From Bdellovibrionales bacterium (GTDB lineage Bacteria > Bdellovibrionota > Bdellovibrionia > Bdellovibrionales > DASUEL01), in contig JBFWOZ010000029.1 in NCBI GenBank assembly GCA_050250255.1, positions 1 through 34,526 on the forward strand: 34,526 nt of DNA. Direction: 5' to 3'. Positions 18,268-29,151 of this stretch are shown one piece after another (positions within the stretch are counted from its first letter, which is position 1; every line of letters begins with the position of its first letter). The notes below the pieces were generated by a model. That model saw only the letters and a program-made list of their open reading frames with translations, had not been told where the DNA came from and made no database searches. The position numbers and the translations under genes are program-made.

Positions 18268-19002
18268 CTACTTGCTAACACGTCTCGGTTTGGCAGGGTG
18301 GTTAGCACGCTCTTTAATCTTCTTTAGAAATTCAATGCGATACCTCTGTCCATCTGGACCTTCAAGGCGTTCAAAATAGGAGTTGTACTCAACTTTTCGC
18401 ATAAATTCGGAGTTGATCTGATATCCTTCCATAAACTCTTTAGTGGGATTGAGTTCAGGTTCTGGCGAGGCCAATTTTTTTGGAATTTTGTATTCTGCTT
18501 CTATAACTTCGGCGCGAATAGGCCTTCTCGCAGAACGGAAACCTAGTTCATCAAAAGAAACGATCTGTCGTTCTGCGGGAATGCAGTTGCCATTGTCATC
18601 ATAGGAAAATAGAAATTCAGAACCAAAAATAGTGCGACTCGGATCGTTTTCTATATAACGTAGATATTGAACGCCCGTAACTCGATCTTTGTTATCCGAA
18701 AAAATCTTAACAAGTCCATCCCATGGTTTATGGTTGTACATTTTAGTTTTGATTCCAATAGCATCATTTTTCTTCAAGCTTACTGGAACCCAGTCTATAC
18801 GGTCTTCAGAGAATCTTTGGTGTGTCACGACTCTCTTTTTAATGACAGCACTACCTCTACCATCTATTTGTAAGGCGACATCCTCTATAACAAAACCTGT
18901 GTCTTCCAAATACTGCCCTATAAATTGATCACATTGAGATGTCCCCTGAGAAAAAGAATTAAATCCAGTAAGTAGAATCGTAAGCATAATGATTGTTTTC
19001 AT
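18268..19002 (-). CDS. Hypothetical secreted protein
   Basis: Signal peptide MKTIIMLTILLTGFNSFS; two Cys; GGAGGG RBS. Confidence 0.75.
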   Translation of the reverse strand: MKTIIMLTILLTGFNSFSQGTSQCDQFIGQYLEDTGFVIEDVALQIDGRGSAVIKKRVVTHQRFSEDRIDWVPVSLKKNDAIGIKTKMYNHKPWDGLVKIFSDNKDRVTGVQYLRYIENDPSRTIFGSEFLFSYDDNGNCIPAERQIVSFDELGFRSARRPIRAEVIEAEYKIPKKLASPEPELNPTKEFMEGYQINSEFMRKVEYNSYFERLEGPDGQRYRIEFLKKIKERANHPAKPRRVSK

Positions 19003-19138
19003 ACACCCTCCAAGGTTTCACAAGGAGGTATTGCAAGCCGAACAAGATCGTAGTCTTCTTAAAATACTTATTAGATCAAAAAGAGCCCTTTGAGCATAAA
19101 AAGAAACACAAATGCCCATGGTTTCAACATGTCTCTAA

Positions 19139-19330
19139 ATGAGATACTTAACAAAGAAAACCCACAAGCCTGGTGAAATACTTCATGAAGATTTTTTGTC
19201 ATCGCTGAAGTTAGCAGCGGCTTTCAATACTACAGCAGAGTTTTGGCTGAATGCTCAGAAGGCAGTCGATATTTGGAAAGCTGTTTCAAAGATAAAAAAG
19301 CTACCGAAGCCTTTATGGCCAACAGGATGA
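19139..19330 (+). pseudogene. higA: HigA-family antitoxin remnant lacking the HTH core
   Basis: PGEILHEDFL joins directly to LKLAAAFNTTAEFWLNAQKAVDIW; the HTH segment normally between these motifs is absent; no recognisable higB upstream. Confidence 0.75.
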
Positions 19331-19340
19331 AGCCGAGGCT

Positions 19341-19871
19341 TTATTCTTCCTCAATAAAATAATGAGCATAACCACTTTTAGTTTTTATGCGCTTAAACAA
19401 CCACGAGTATTCGCGTTTAGCACTAACGCGATCTAAAGTGCCTAGATAACCATTAATACAAAAATATGTTTGATCCTTTAAAACATTATTAACCTGTGCC
19501 ACCAAGTCATCACACACCTCCCCAGAAACTGCGTGGTTCAAGCTATAGGAATGGATTTCTGAGCTTGTCTCAATGTCAATTCCCAAAGAAGAACCTTGCT
19601 GATCCAAAGGCTCATTATAGCTACATGCCATTTTCAAATACTTCTTATTGAAACATTGCCAGTAGGGATACCCAGTATCAACACCATTAAAACGAACAGC
19701 CGGAAATGAATTTTCGTCAGATTTATTTAAATCCTCAACTGAAATGATACCGTAGTCATAATTAATCAATCCATTATGATTCGTTTTATAATAAAAGTTC
19801 TTTATTTCTAATTGATAGAAAAGCCCAATCCCTAGAACCAGGATAGATACCGCAAAGAAAAGTTTTTTCAT
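19341..19871 (-). CDS. Hypothetical exported or membrane-anchored protein with four Cys
   Basis: N-terminal hydrophobic segment MKKLFFAVSILVLGIGLF; start overlaps the transglycosylase stop (ATGA). Confidence 0.75.
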   Translation of the reverse strand: MKKLFFAVSILVLGIGLFYQLEIKNFYYKTNHNGLINYDYGIISVEDLNKSDENSFPAVRFNGVDTGYPYWQCFNKKYLKMACSYNEPLDQQGSSLGIDIETSSEIHSYSLNHAVSGEVCDDLVAQVNNVLKDQTYFCINGYLGTLDRVSAKREYSWLFKRIKTKSGYAHYFIEEE

Positions 19872-20602
19872 TTTTTCAACCTTTCATAAAGTATCAAAAA
19901 CTTTTCTCGCTGCTCAATCGCGTTTGCCTTTCCTTCTCTAAGTTCTTTTGTGTATGATTTGTATTCCATTGCCGCTTCTTCCCAAGAAACGACTCGCTTC
20001 AACCGACTTTCTAAAAGATATTTTTTGTGAAACAACCATCTAACACCTGCACAAATATTAAGGTTCGGGTCAAAAGCCTCCTGCTGGTCAATATTAATTA
20101 AAAAATCTTTTAATTCTCCCTTTTCATTTTTAAGAATTTCAATTGTTTGATCTGTCACCTGCATAAGACCGCGCGCCCAATTACCCTTATTCGCTAAGAC
20201 TTTTGCTTTTTCGTTAAAGTCAGATTCAGTACGAATCAGCACTTTTACAAGGTTTGGATCAAGAGGTTGCTTTGACTTCAGAACCTCGTTCCAATATTTT
20301 GTCCAACCTGCAATAAGCCTGTCATAATCGTTGCCTTTTGACTTATTTAATTTGTCAGGCTTAGGAAGCTTTTTAACTCTTTTAAAGAATCTTGAGGCAA
20401 TTTCGCTAATTTCATCAGAATAAATCTGATCTTTTTTTGATCTATTTATACGGCAGTGCCCATCACGAACAGTCATGCCAGAAGGATTTTTCTCACTAAT
20501 AGGAACTCTAAGAGAATGAGTAGAGACCCAATGTTTCCCAGCAGGACACATTCTCCAAGAATGAGATTTAGTAGCTTGTTTTTTTGTTTTCTTTTTTGCC
20601 AT
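19868..20602 (-). CDS. Lytic transglycosylase (SLT-domain) protein without a signal peptide
   Basis: LVKVLIRTESDFN (catalytic Glu), ARGLMQV, FDPNLNICAGVRWL, AAMEYK. Start placed at ATG 20602 (MAKKKTKK) because the longer frame overlaps the divergent GNAT gene. Confidence 0.82.
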   Translation of the reverse strand: MAKKKTKKQATKSHSWRMCPAGKHWVSTHSLRVPISEKNPSGMTVRDGHCRINRSKKDQIYSDEISEIASRFFKRVKKLPKPDKLNKSKGNDYDRLIAGWTKYWNEVLKSKQPLDPNLVKVLIRTESDFNEKAKVLANKGNWARGLMQVTDQTIEILKNEKGELKDFLINIDQQEAFDPNLNICAGVRWLFHKKYLLESRLKRVVSWEEAAMEYKSYTKELREGKANAIEQREKFLILYERLKK

Positions 20603-20656
20603 AATTCTATCAAATAAATATAGCCAATAAAGTCTTTTCAGGCAATACCACACAAC

Positions 20657-21235
20657 ATGAAACGCAAAACGTATCGTACATCGCGATTGATACTTCGGCC
20701 TTATAGAGAGTCGGACTATGCGGCTTGGGTGCAGGCTCATCAGTTTGCACCGCCTAAAAAGTCGAAATATGATTGGGTGCCGAAGCCTAAAATGAAATTT
20801 GGTCGTAGTGATTTTCGCAAGATTATTTTGAATCAAAATCGCTTGACTCAAAAAGATCACACTTATGTTTGGCCAATATTTCTTAAACAAACAGGAGAAC
20901 TGATCGGTAGTGTCGATATCTACGTGATCAATCGGGGAGTTTTACAAGTCGCAAACCTTGGCTATCGTGTGAACAACCTTTACTGGCGTAAGGGCTACGG
21001 GGAAGAAGCGGTATCCGCAATTGTTCGCGGAGCCTTTAAAGATTTAAAATTAAATCGTCTCGAAGCCGTCATCGATAACGATAATAAACCATCTCTGAAA
21101 TTTGCTAAAGCAATTGGCTTTCGACGCGAAGGCATTCGCCGAAAATACTACTACCAAAATAAAAAGTGGGATGATCAGATTGTATATGTCGGCATCCGCG
21201 AAGATTTCGGACTACCCATTCTCCATCCCAAATAA
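20657..21235 (+). CDS. GNAT N-acetyltransferase, RimJ/RimL family
   Basis: TSRLILRP, ANLGY, YWRKGYGEEA, LNRLEAVIDNDNKPS...GFRREG, WDDQ. Confidence 0.92.
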   Translation: MKRKTYRTSRLILRPYRESDYAAWVQAHQFAPPKKSKYDWVPKPKMKFGRSDFRKIILNQNRLTQKDHTYVWPIFLKQTGELIGSVDIYVINRGVLQVANLGYRVNNLYWRKGYGEEAVSAIVRGAFKDLKLNRLEAVIDNDNKPSLKFAKAIGFRREGIRRKYYYQNKKWDDQIVYVGIREDFGLPILHPK

Positions 21236-21291
21236 CCCAATTCGAACAAGATCTTTTAAAAGCCAAAGTCCGTTAACTTCACTGAGGTTGC

Positions 21292-21442
21292 TATATCGAT
21301 TTGTTGGGAGAATGAGTTCTCTCGCGCCTCCGACCCAAGGATGGTTTGCCTGTCGGCGAGGGCACTGCCGAGGGTCCCCCAACGTAGGGGATACGGCAGG
21401 CCGCGCGCGAGAGAGAACTCATTCTCCCAACAAATCGATATA
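21292..21442. mobile_element. MITE/REP-like non-autonomous element (151 bp)
   Basis: Perfect 32-bp terminal IR TATATCGATTTGTTGGGAGAATGAGTTCTCTC (21292-21323 / 21411-21442); GC-rich interior with two hairpins; TA at both ends; between convergent genes. Confidence 0.75.
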
Positions 21443-21456
21443 TAAATTAGAGACTG

Positions 21457-22467
21457 TTAACGAACTTTGGCTTTTAAGAGATCTTGCAAGTGAAGCATGC
21501 CGAGCGGCTGCTTAGGATTCGCGCCATTAGAATCAACAACGAATAAGACTTGAATCGAAAATTGTTCCATTACGAACAAAGCACGCTCAGCCAATTCATT
21601 CTGGTCAATCGTTTTTGGATTGAGACTCATGAGTTGTTCGGCTTTGTCATCGATAGGGTTATGGCTCTTCTCGAGGCGGCGACGAATATCCCCGTCGGTT
21701 ACGATGCCCACTAAACCTCCGGTCGAATCAAGAACTCCCGCAACTCCGCGAACATCTCGTGAAGTCATTTTGTAGAGAACTTCGCGCATACTTGTGGACT
21801 TATCTACTAATGGAACCGACTCACCAGAGTGCATGAGATCTTTTACGCGAGTGAGAAGTCTACGACCAAGGCTTCCACCTGGGTGGAATTCCGCGAAGTC
21901 TTCGGCTTTAAATCCACGTTTGATGAGTAAACCCATCGCGAGTGCGTCGCCCATCACCAGAGCGGCGGTGGTACTCGCAGTGGGCGCAAGTCCGAGGGGA
22001 CAAGCTTCTTCACGAACACTTACGTCTAAAACAACGTTCGAAGCTTCGCCTAAAGAACTTTTTGGAAAGCCCGTGATCGAAACAACTTTTAAACCTTTGC
22101 GAATGGCATATTGAAGAAGATGATTCATCTCCGGCGTTTCACCACGATAACTGAGAGCGAGGATTGTATCTTCCGAAGATACAGCTCCTAAATCTCCATG
22201 AGAGCTTTCCGCAGGATGAACAAAAATCGCAGGACTACCGGTAGAACTCAAGGTGCTCGCGATCTTACGCCCGATAAGACCTGATTTCCCCATTCCCGTA
22301 ACAACGATCTTTCCTTTGCACTCAGAAAGAATCTCAATGGCATTGGTGAGGCTTTCATCTAGACGATCTCGAAGTTCTAAAATCGCTTTCGCTTCGACTT
22401 CAAAAATTCTTTTTGCTTCTAAGACAAAATCTACTTTGTCGGCATTTTTATTGTAATTTGAAGCCAC
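21457..22467 (-). CDS. kdsD: Arabinose-5-phosphate isomerase (KpsF/GutQ; SIS + CBS domains)
   Basis: GMGKSG, FVHPAESSHGDLG, EACPLGLAPTAST, FHPGGSLG, TDGDIRR. Start placed at GTG 22467, which has an AGAGGT RBS. Confidence 0.95.
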   Translation of the reverse strand: MASNYNKNADKVDFVLEAKRIFEVEAKAILELRDRLDESLTNAIEILSECKGKIVVTGMGKSGLIGRKIASTLSSTGSPAIFVHPAESSHGDLGAVSSEDTILALSYRGETPEMNHLLQYAIRKGLKVVSITGFPKSSLGEASNVVLDVSVREEACPLGLAPTASTTAALVMGDALAMGLLIKRGFKAEDFAEFHPGGSLGRRLLTRVKDLMHSGESVPLVDKSTSMREVLYKMTSRDVRGVAGVLDSTGGLVGIVTDGDIRRRLEKSHNPIDDKAEQLMSLNPKTIDQNELAERALFVMEQFSIQVLFVVDSNGANPKQPLGMLHLQDLLKAKVR

Positions 22468-22498
22468 GAACAAATACCTCTCTTCAAAGCTCAAGCCG

Positions 22499-25081
<2,583 letters not shown>

Positions 25082-25085
<4 letters not shown>

Positions 25086-25741
25086 TCTTCCACATCCTCT
25101 TCCAGTTCCGTTCCTTCATCCCACGCTTCTTCTAATTCTACTTCTTCTTCAAGCACCGGCATCTCAAAGGGTTTGACCCATTTGTTAAAAAAGTGGCTCT
25201 CAAGTTCTTTCAAGCCTGTTTTTTTCAAAGCCGAAACGCAGAACAAAAACTCGGCCTTGGAATCCTGAGTAAGAATTTTTTTTCTCTGAGACAATTCTTT
25301 TTGATTTAATTTATCGGCTTTGTTGAGAACAAGAGCCCAGGGAATTTCCTGGTGCTTCAAATACTGAATCAGCATTTTTTCTTCTCTTTGCCAATCACGA
25401 CGAATATCCATGATAAGAATCAAACCCGCTAAAACTTCACGAAATTTTAGTAATCGTTCGACGGCGGGAAATCCCGTTTTTTTAACTTCCATCCCTTTGG
25501 CATATCCGTAGCCAGGAGAATCCACCAAACGATAGTCATTTTCGACATCAAAAAAATTGAGAGTGGCAGTTCTTCCAGGCATCGAACTCGTGTGAGCTAA
25601 TTTTTTTCCATAAATGGCATTGATAATGGAGGACTTCCCACAGTTCGATCGTCCCGCCATAAGAATCTCAGGTCGATTCGCCAGAGGCCAATCTTTCGAC
25701 ATCACCGCACTTTTTAAAAAACGAACATTTCGACTTTTCAT
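25082..25741 (-). CDS. engB: Ribosome biogenesis GTPase YihA/YsxC (EngB)
   Basis: GRSNCGKSS, TSSMPGRT, DSPGYGY, NKADK, SALKK. Start placed at ATG 25741 (MKSRNVRFLKSA); acidic C-terminal tail. Confidence 0.93.
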
Positions 25742-25842
25742 GAGCTCACTCACCAGATCCGGATTTTGAGATTGTTGTACCAGATCACGGATCTTTTCTC
25801 CACCTACAACCCACTTAAAACGACTCAGGAACTCCCCTCCCG

Positions 25843-25858
25843 AGGCATAAAGCTTGTA
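25843..25858 (+). promoter_or_regulatory. Putative sigma54 promoter upstream of the activator gene
   Basis: AGGCATAAAGCTTGTA has correct GG-N10-G spacing, but the -12 base is T; ~43 nt upstream of ATG 25901. Confidence 0.4.
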
Positions 25859-25900
25859 GTAGGCACCTCCCACGTCTCTTAAAACCTTAAAGGAGGAACA

Positions 25901-27181
25901 ATGACGGAAAAACTGGCAACACCTACACAGGAGCATAAAAGCGGCTATCTCTATTGCTTGAGCCACGCTCAATCTCAACCCCTTGAAATAGGAGAGTTTT
26001 TGAGCCTCGGAAGAGAACCGGGAAACCTCATCACTCTCGCAGATCCTTACGTGTCGGGCCGACATCTGAGGATCGAAAAACGTGAGGGACAATTTCTCTT
26101 AAAAGACTTAAGAAGTCGCAACGGTACCTATCTCAATGGATCTCGCATTGCCGAAGCCATCTTAACCCCCGGAGATCGTATTCAAATTGGTGAAAGAGAA
26201 TACATTTTCCAAGATAAGCTCCAAACCATCGAAAATCATCCTCTCCTCAAAAGCAAATCCCCACCCTGGCAGAATCAATTACTTCAACTTCCCTCATTTG
26301 CTCGAACACATCTCCCCGTACTCCTACTTGGTCCCTCAGGCACAGGGAAAGAAATTCTCGCTCGATTGATCCACGAACAATCTCCCAGAAATCGCAAACC
26401 TTTTGTTAGCGTAAACTGCAGCGCCCTTAGCGAATCTCTCGTCGAAAGCGAGCTCTTTGGTCATACAAAAGGAAGTTTTACCGGTGCGACTCACAATCGA
26501 AGCGGTGCCTTTGAAGCGGCTCGTGGCGGAACTCTCTTTTTAGATGAAATCGGTGATCTTCCGATGAGTTTACAACCCAAACTTCTTCGTGCTCTTGAAA
26601 ACAAAGAAATTCGTCCCGTTGGAAGTGACAAGACGATTTCGACAGACGTGCGCATTATCGCCGCCACTCACCAGAACCTTCATGAGAAAATCAAACTTGG
26701 CCAATTTCGTTCGGATCTTTTCTTCCGTCTGCATGTCATAAAACTGGCGATTCCTAGCCTGAAGCAACGCATGGAAGACTTTGAAGATCTCCTCTACGCT
26801 TTTGCGAGAGAAATGCGGGTGGCTTTTGCTTTTAGCACGATCGAAACTCTTAAAAGCCACTCGTGGCCTGGGAATATTCGTGAGCTTAAAAACATGGTGG
26901 CTCGCGCCTCTGCACTTTTCCCTGGAGTGCGCATTCAAGAGGAGCACCTCACTCAACTCATTGACGCGGTTACACCCTACATGGAACATCAACCCCAACT
27001 CGATAGCCGAATGCCCATCATCAAAGAGTTAGAAAAAGAAATGATCAAACAAAGATTAATTGCGAATAATGGAAATCAGAGACAAACAGCAGCAGACTTA
27101 AACATGCCTAAGAGCACATTACATGATCGCATTAAATCCTACGGAATTCATATTGAAGAGTTAGTAAAAATAGGAGTGTAG
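25901..27181 (+). CDS. FHA-domain sigma54-dependent transcriptional activator (AAA+, Fis-type HTH)
   Basis: FHA (GR...VSGRH...DLRSRNGTYLNG), GPSGTGKE, ESELFGHTKGSFTGA, LFLDEIG, WPGNIREL, C-terminal HTH; AAGGAGG RBS. Confidence 0.95.
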   Translation: MTEKLATPTQEHKSGYLYCLSHAQSQPLEIGEFLSLGREPGNLITLADPYVSGRHLRIEKREGQFLLKDLRSRNGTYLNGSRIAEAILTPGDRIQIGEREYIFQDKLQTIENHPLLKSKSPPWQNQLLQLPSFARTHLPVLLLGPSGTGKEILARLIHEQSPRNRKPFVSVNCSALSESLVESELFGHTKGSFTGATHNRSGAFEAARGGTLFLDEIGDLPMSLQPKLLRALENKEIRPVGSDKTISTDVRIIAATHQNLHEKIKLGQFRSDLFFRLHVIKLAIPSLKQRMEDFEDLLYAFAREMRVAFAFSTIETLKSHSWPGNIRELKNMVARASALFPGVRIQEEHLTQLIDAVTPYMEHQPQLDSRMPIIKELEKEMIKQRLIANNGNQRQTAADLNMPKSTLHDRIKSYGIHIEELVKIGV

Positions 27182-27198
27182 TTAACTATTGTGTCTGA

Positions 27199-28299
27199 CT
27201 AGGGCTTGTAGAAAAGCGTTTTAAAATAAACCTTTTTTGCTCGCCCTTTTGTCATTTCGCGATTGATGTCACGACGGATAATAAGCTTTAGTTTTTCTTT
27301 TCCATCAAATTCTAGAATTTCATCGTAAGGTAAACTTTCAAAAACGCGGGCAATCACGTCACGCATTTCTAGCTCTCGGTCTTTCAATTCCATCGCCGCT
27401 TCCTGCGAAGAACCTTCCACAAAAACCTCAAACGCGGCCATCGGATTTGGGGATGACCTTGATGAAACCTTTAAGTTCACGCGCATCTTTCCATAGAGAA
27501 CAATGTATTCGGGCTGACGAAGCGGATTATCAAAAAGTTCCATTTCATCTTCCGAGCTATAGGTTTCTACATGACCTGCCACAGGTTCAAAGGAGCGTAA
27601 GAAAGTAGGTGGCGAAGGCTTAAGGAACGGCGCCCCCGTAACAACATGTTTCACAAAATAACTAGAGCCCACCAGTAGAGCAATAAATATTAAAAGCTGA
27701 ATTTGTTGAAGAATCGTTCGGCTCTGAAACCAAGTTCCAAAAGAGACCAAGCCATTTTTAAGACCACCACCTAAACTCTGGAGAGCTCCGACAAATTTTT
27801 GTGCGACCCATTTCGCATTTGTACCAATATGAAAAATAAAATCGACTGTTTTTTCTGCTCGCACCTTTGTACCGTGAACAAAGCGACCAATTTTAGACTT
27901 CGGTTTTGGCGGAGCGGCCGCCTGGGGTTCGTCCGCCTCATCTTCTTCCAACATGCCTGTGTCTAATTGTATCGAGTTGATTTCCATGGCTGGCGGTGCT
28001 GATTTTTTTAAACCTTCCATGTCCTCAAAAAAACCTGGATCTTGCTCTTTTAAAATATTATCGAGTTCTTCAAAAGAAAATGAAGCAGCGTCAGCTGTTC
28101 CCACATTCGTTGTCGGAGCAGAACTTTCTGGAGAAGGAGTCACAGGTGCCACCGGAGATGCGGATTCAGACGGCGGAGTTGTAGGAGGAGCCGTGGCAGC
28201 AGGATTCGCGGGTGCGCCCGCGACCGGAGGTGCTGCAGCTCCCAACTCTTCCGAGAGAGATTGCGCCAGGTCTTTCAGCTTGCTTTCTTGTTCACTCAT
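27199..28299 (-). CDS. fliL: FliL-family protein with a long acidic, Pro/Ala-rich N-terminal extension
   Basis: TM segment near residue 200, then VNL, EMRDVI, DGKEKLK..I...IN and KKVYF, which form the FliL-domain pattern. Confidence 0.8.
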   Translation of the reverse strand: MSEQESKLKDLAQSLSEELGAAAPPVAGAPANPAATAPPTTPPSESASPVAPVTPSPESSAPTTNVGTADAASFSFEELDNILKEQDPGFFEDMEGLKKSAPPAMEINSIQLDTGMLEEDEADEPQAAAPPKPKSKIGRFVHGTKVRAEKTVDFIFHIGTNAKWVAQKFVGALQSLGGGLKNGLVSFGTWFQSRTILQQIQLLIFIALLVGSSYFVKHVVTGAPFLKPSPPTFLRSFEPVAGHVETYSSEDEMELFDNPLRQPEYIVLYGKMRVNLKVSSRSSPNPMAAFEVFVEGSSQEAAMELKDRELEMRDVIARVFESLPYDEILEFDGKEKLKLIIRRDINREMTKGRAKKVYFKTLFYKP

Positions 28300-28414
28300 C
28301 TTTAGCCATTATGGCAAAAAAACTTGAGGATCCAAAGAGAAAGCTCAAGATCCAGGGCTTTTCCTCCGATCTCATAATGGGAAAAAGAAGTTAGCTTTTA
28401 TTAGGAACAAAACA

Positions 28415-29014
28415 ATGAGACGTATTTCATATCTTTTTGCTCTCTCAGGGCTTTCAATTGCGACCTCTCTCGCAGGTTGCAGCCTTATGCAAAGACATGA
28501 GTCGAGTGGCTATTCCTCTTGGGACCAGGAGCAGTGGAATAAAGAGTCTTCTGACTTTAGTCCTGAACCTCCTCGTTCAAAACGCCAACGTCGACCTGCA
28601 AACGTCGAAAACGAACTTTACGTTTTAGAAAAAAAGATTTCCACAGAGTCTGAATATAATGACTACAACAACTTCAAAAATAATTTGTCTGATAAAAATC
28701 GAGTGGAATATCTCAAACAAAAAGATAAAAACAGTCGTAGCCGCTGGCTCGCCTCTGTCGGAGTCTCCGATGCTCATTACGATGCCACCACACAAAACGC
28801 GATTGAAGAAAGTGACATTGTCCTTGGCATGCCCAAAGATGCGGTGATTAAGAGTTGGGGGGAACCAGAAGAAGTTCAGGTCGCCGGAAATCCAAACTAC
28901 GGCAATGAACGATGGCTCTACACTCACTTCGAATCATCAACCGACGGATTTCAAAAACAAGAACGCTTCATCTACTTCGAAAAAGGACGCGTCGTCGGCT
29001 GGCAAACCAAGTAA
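28415..29014 (+). CDS. Lipoprotein with a C-terminal SmpA/OmlA (BamE-like) domain
   Basis: Lipobox LAGC; IVLGMPKDAVIKSWGEP...ERWLY...IYFEKGRVVGW. Confidence 0.75.
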   Translation: MRRISYLFALSGLSIATSLAGCSLMQRHESSGYSSWDQEQWNKESSDFSPEPPRSKRQRRPANVENELYVLEKKISTESEYNDYNNFKNNLSDKNRVEYLKQKDKNSRSRWLASVGVSDAHYDATTQNAIEESDIVLGMPKDAVIKSWGEPEEVQVAGNPNYGNERWLYTHFESSTDGFQKQERFIYFEKGRVVGWQTK

Positions 29015-29025
29015 ATTATTATTGA

Positions 29026-29151
29026 ACTAGGCGGCTTGTAAAGGATTGGAGCCGAGGCGCGACCGAGGGTCGCGCGGAGGCCTACTTCCTGTAGGCCTCA
29101 CAAGTGACCCGACCGAGCAACGAAGGATACAACCTTTACAGGCCGCCTAGT
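29026..29151. mobile_element. CTAG-bounded MITE/REP-like element overlapping the polA stop codon
   Basis: 19-bp IR with one mismatch, ACTAGGCGGCTTGTAAAGG (29026-29044)/CCTTTACAGGCCGCCTAGT (29133-29151); internal hairpin GAGGCCTAC-TTCCT-GTAGGCCTC. Confidence 0.7.

Noticed and set aside
20603..20890. N-terminal extension of the 340-aa transglycosylase ORF
   Set aside because: Overlaps the well-supported divergent GNAT gene; ATG 20602 is more plausible.
21102..21515. 137-aa + strand ORF
   Set aside because: It runs through the GNAT 3' end, the MITE-like element and antisense kdsD; a chance frame.
25742..26092. N-terminal extension of the 336-aa EngB ORF
   Set aside because: Antisense to the activator gene and its promoter; family similarity begins at MKSRNVRF.
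28312..28327. TGGCAAAAAAACTTGA as a sigma54 promoter for the lipoprotein gene
   Set aside because: GG-to-G spacing is one base too long, and sigma54 spacing is strict.
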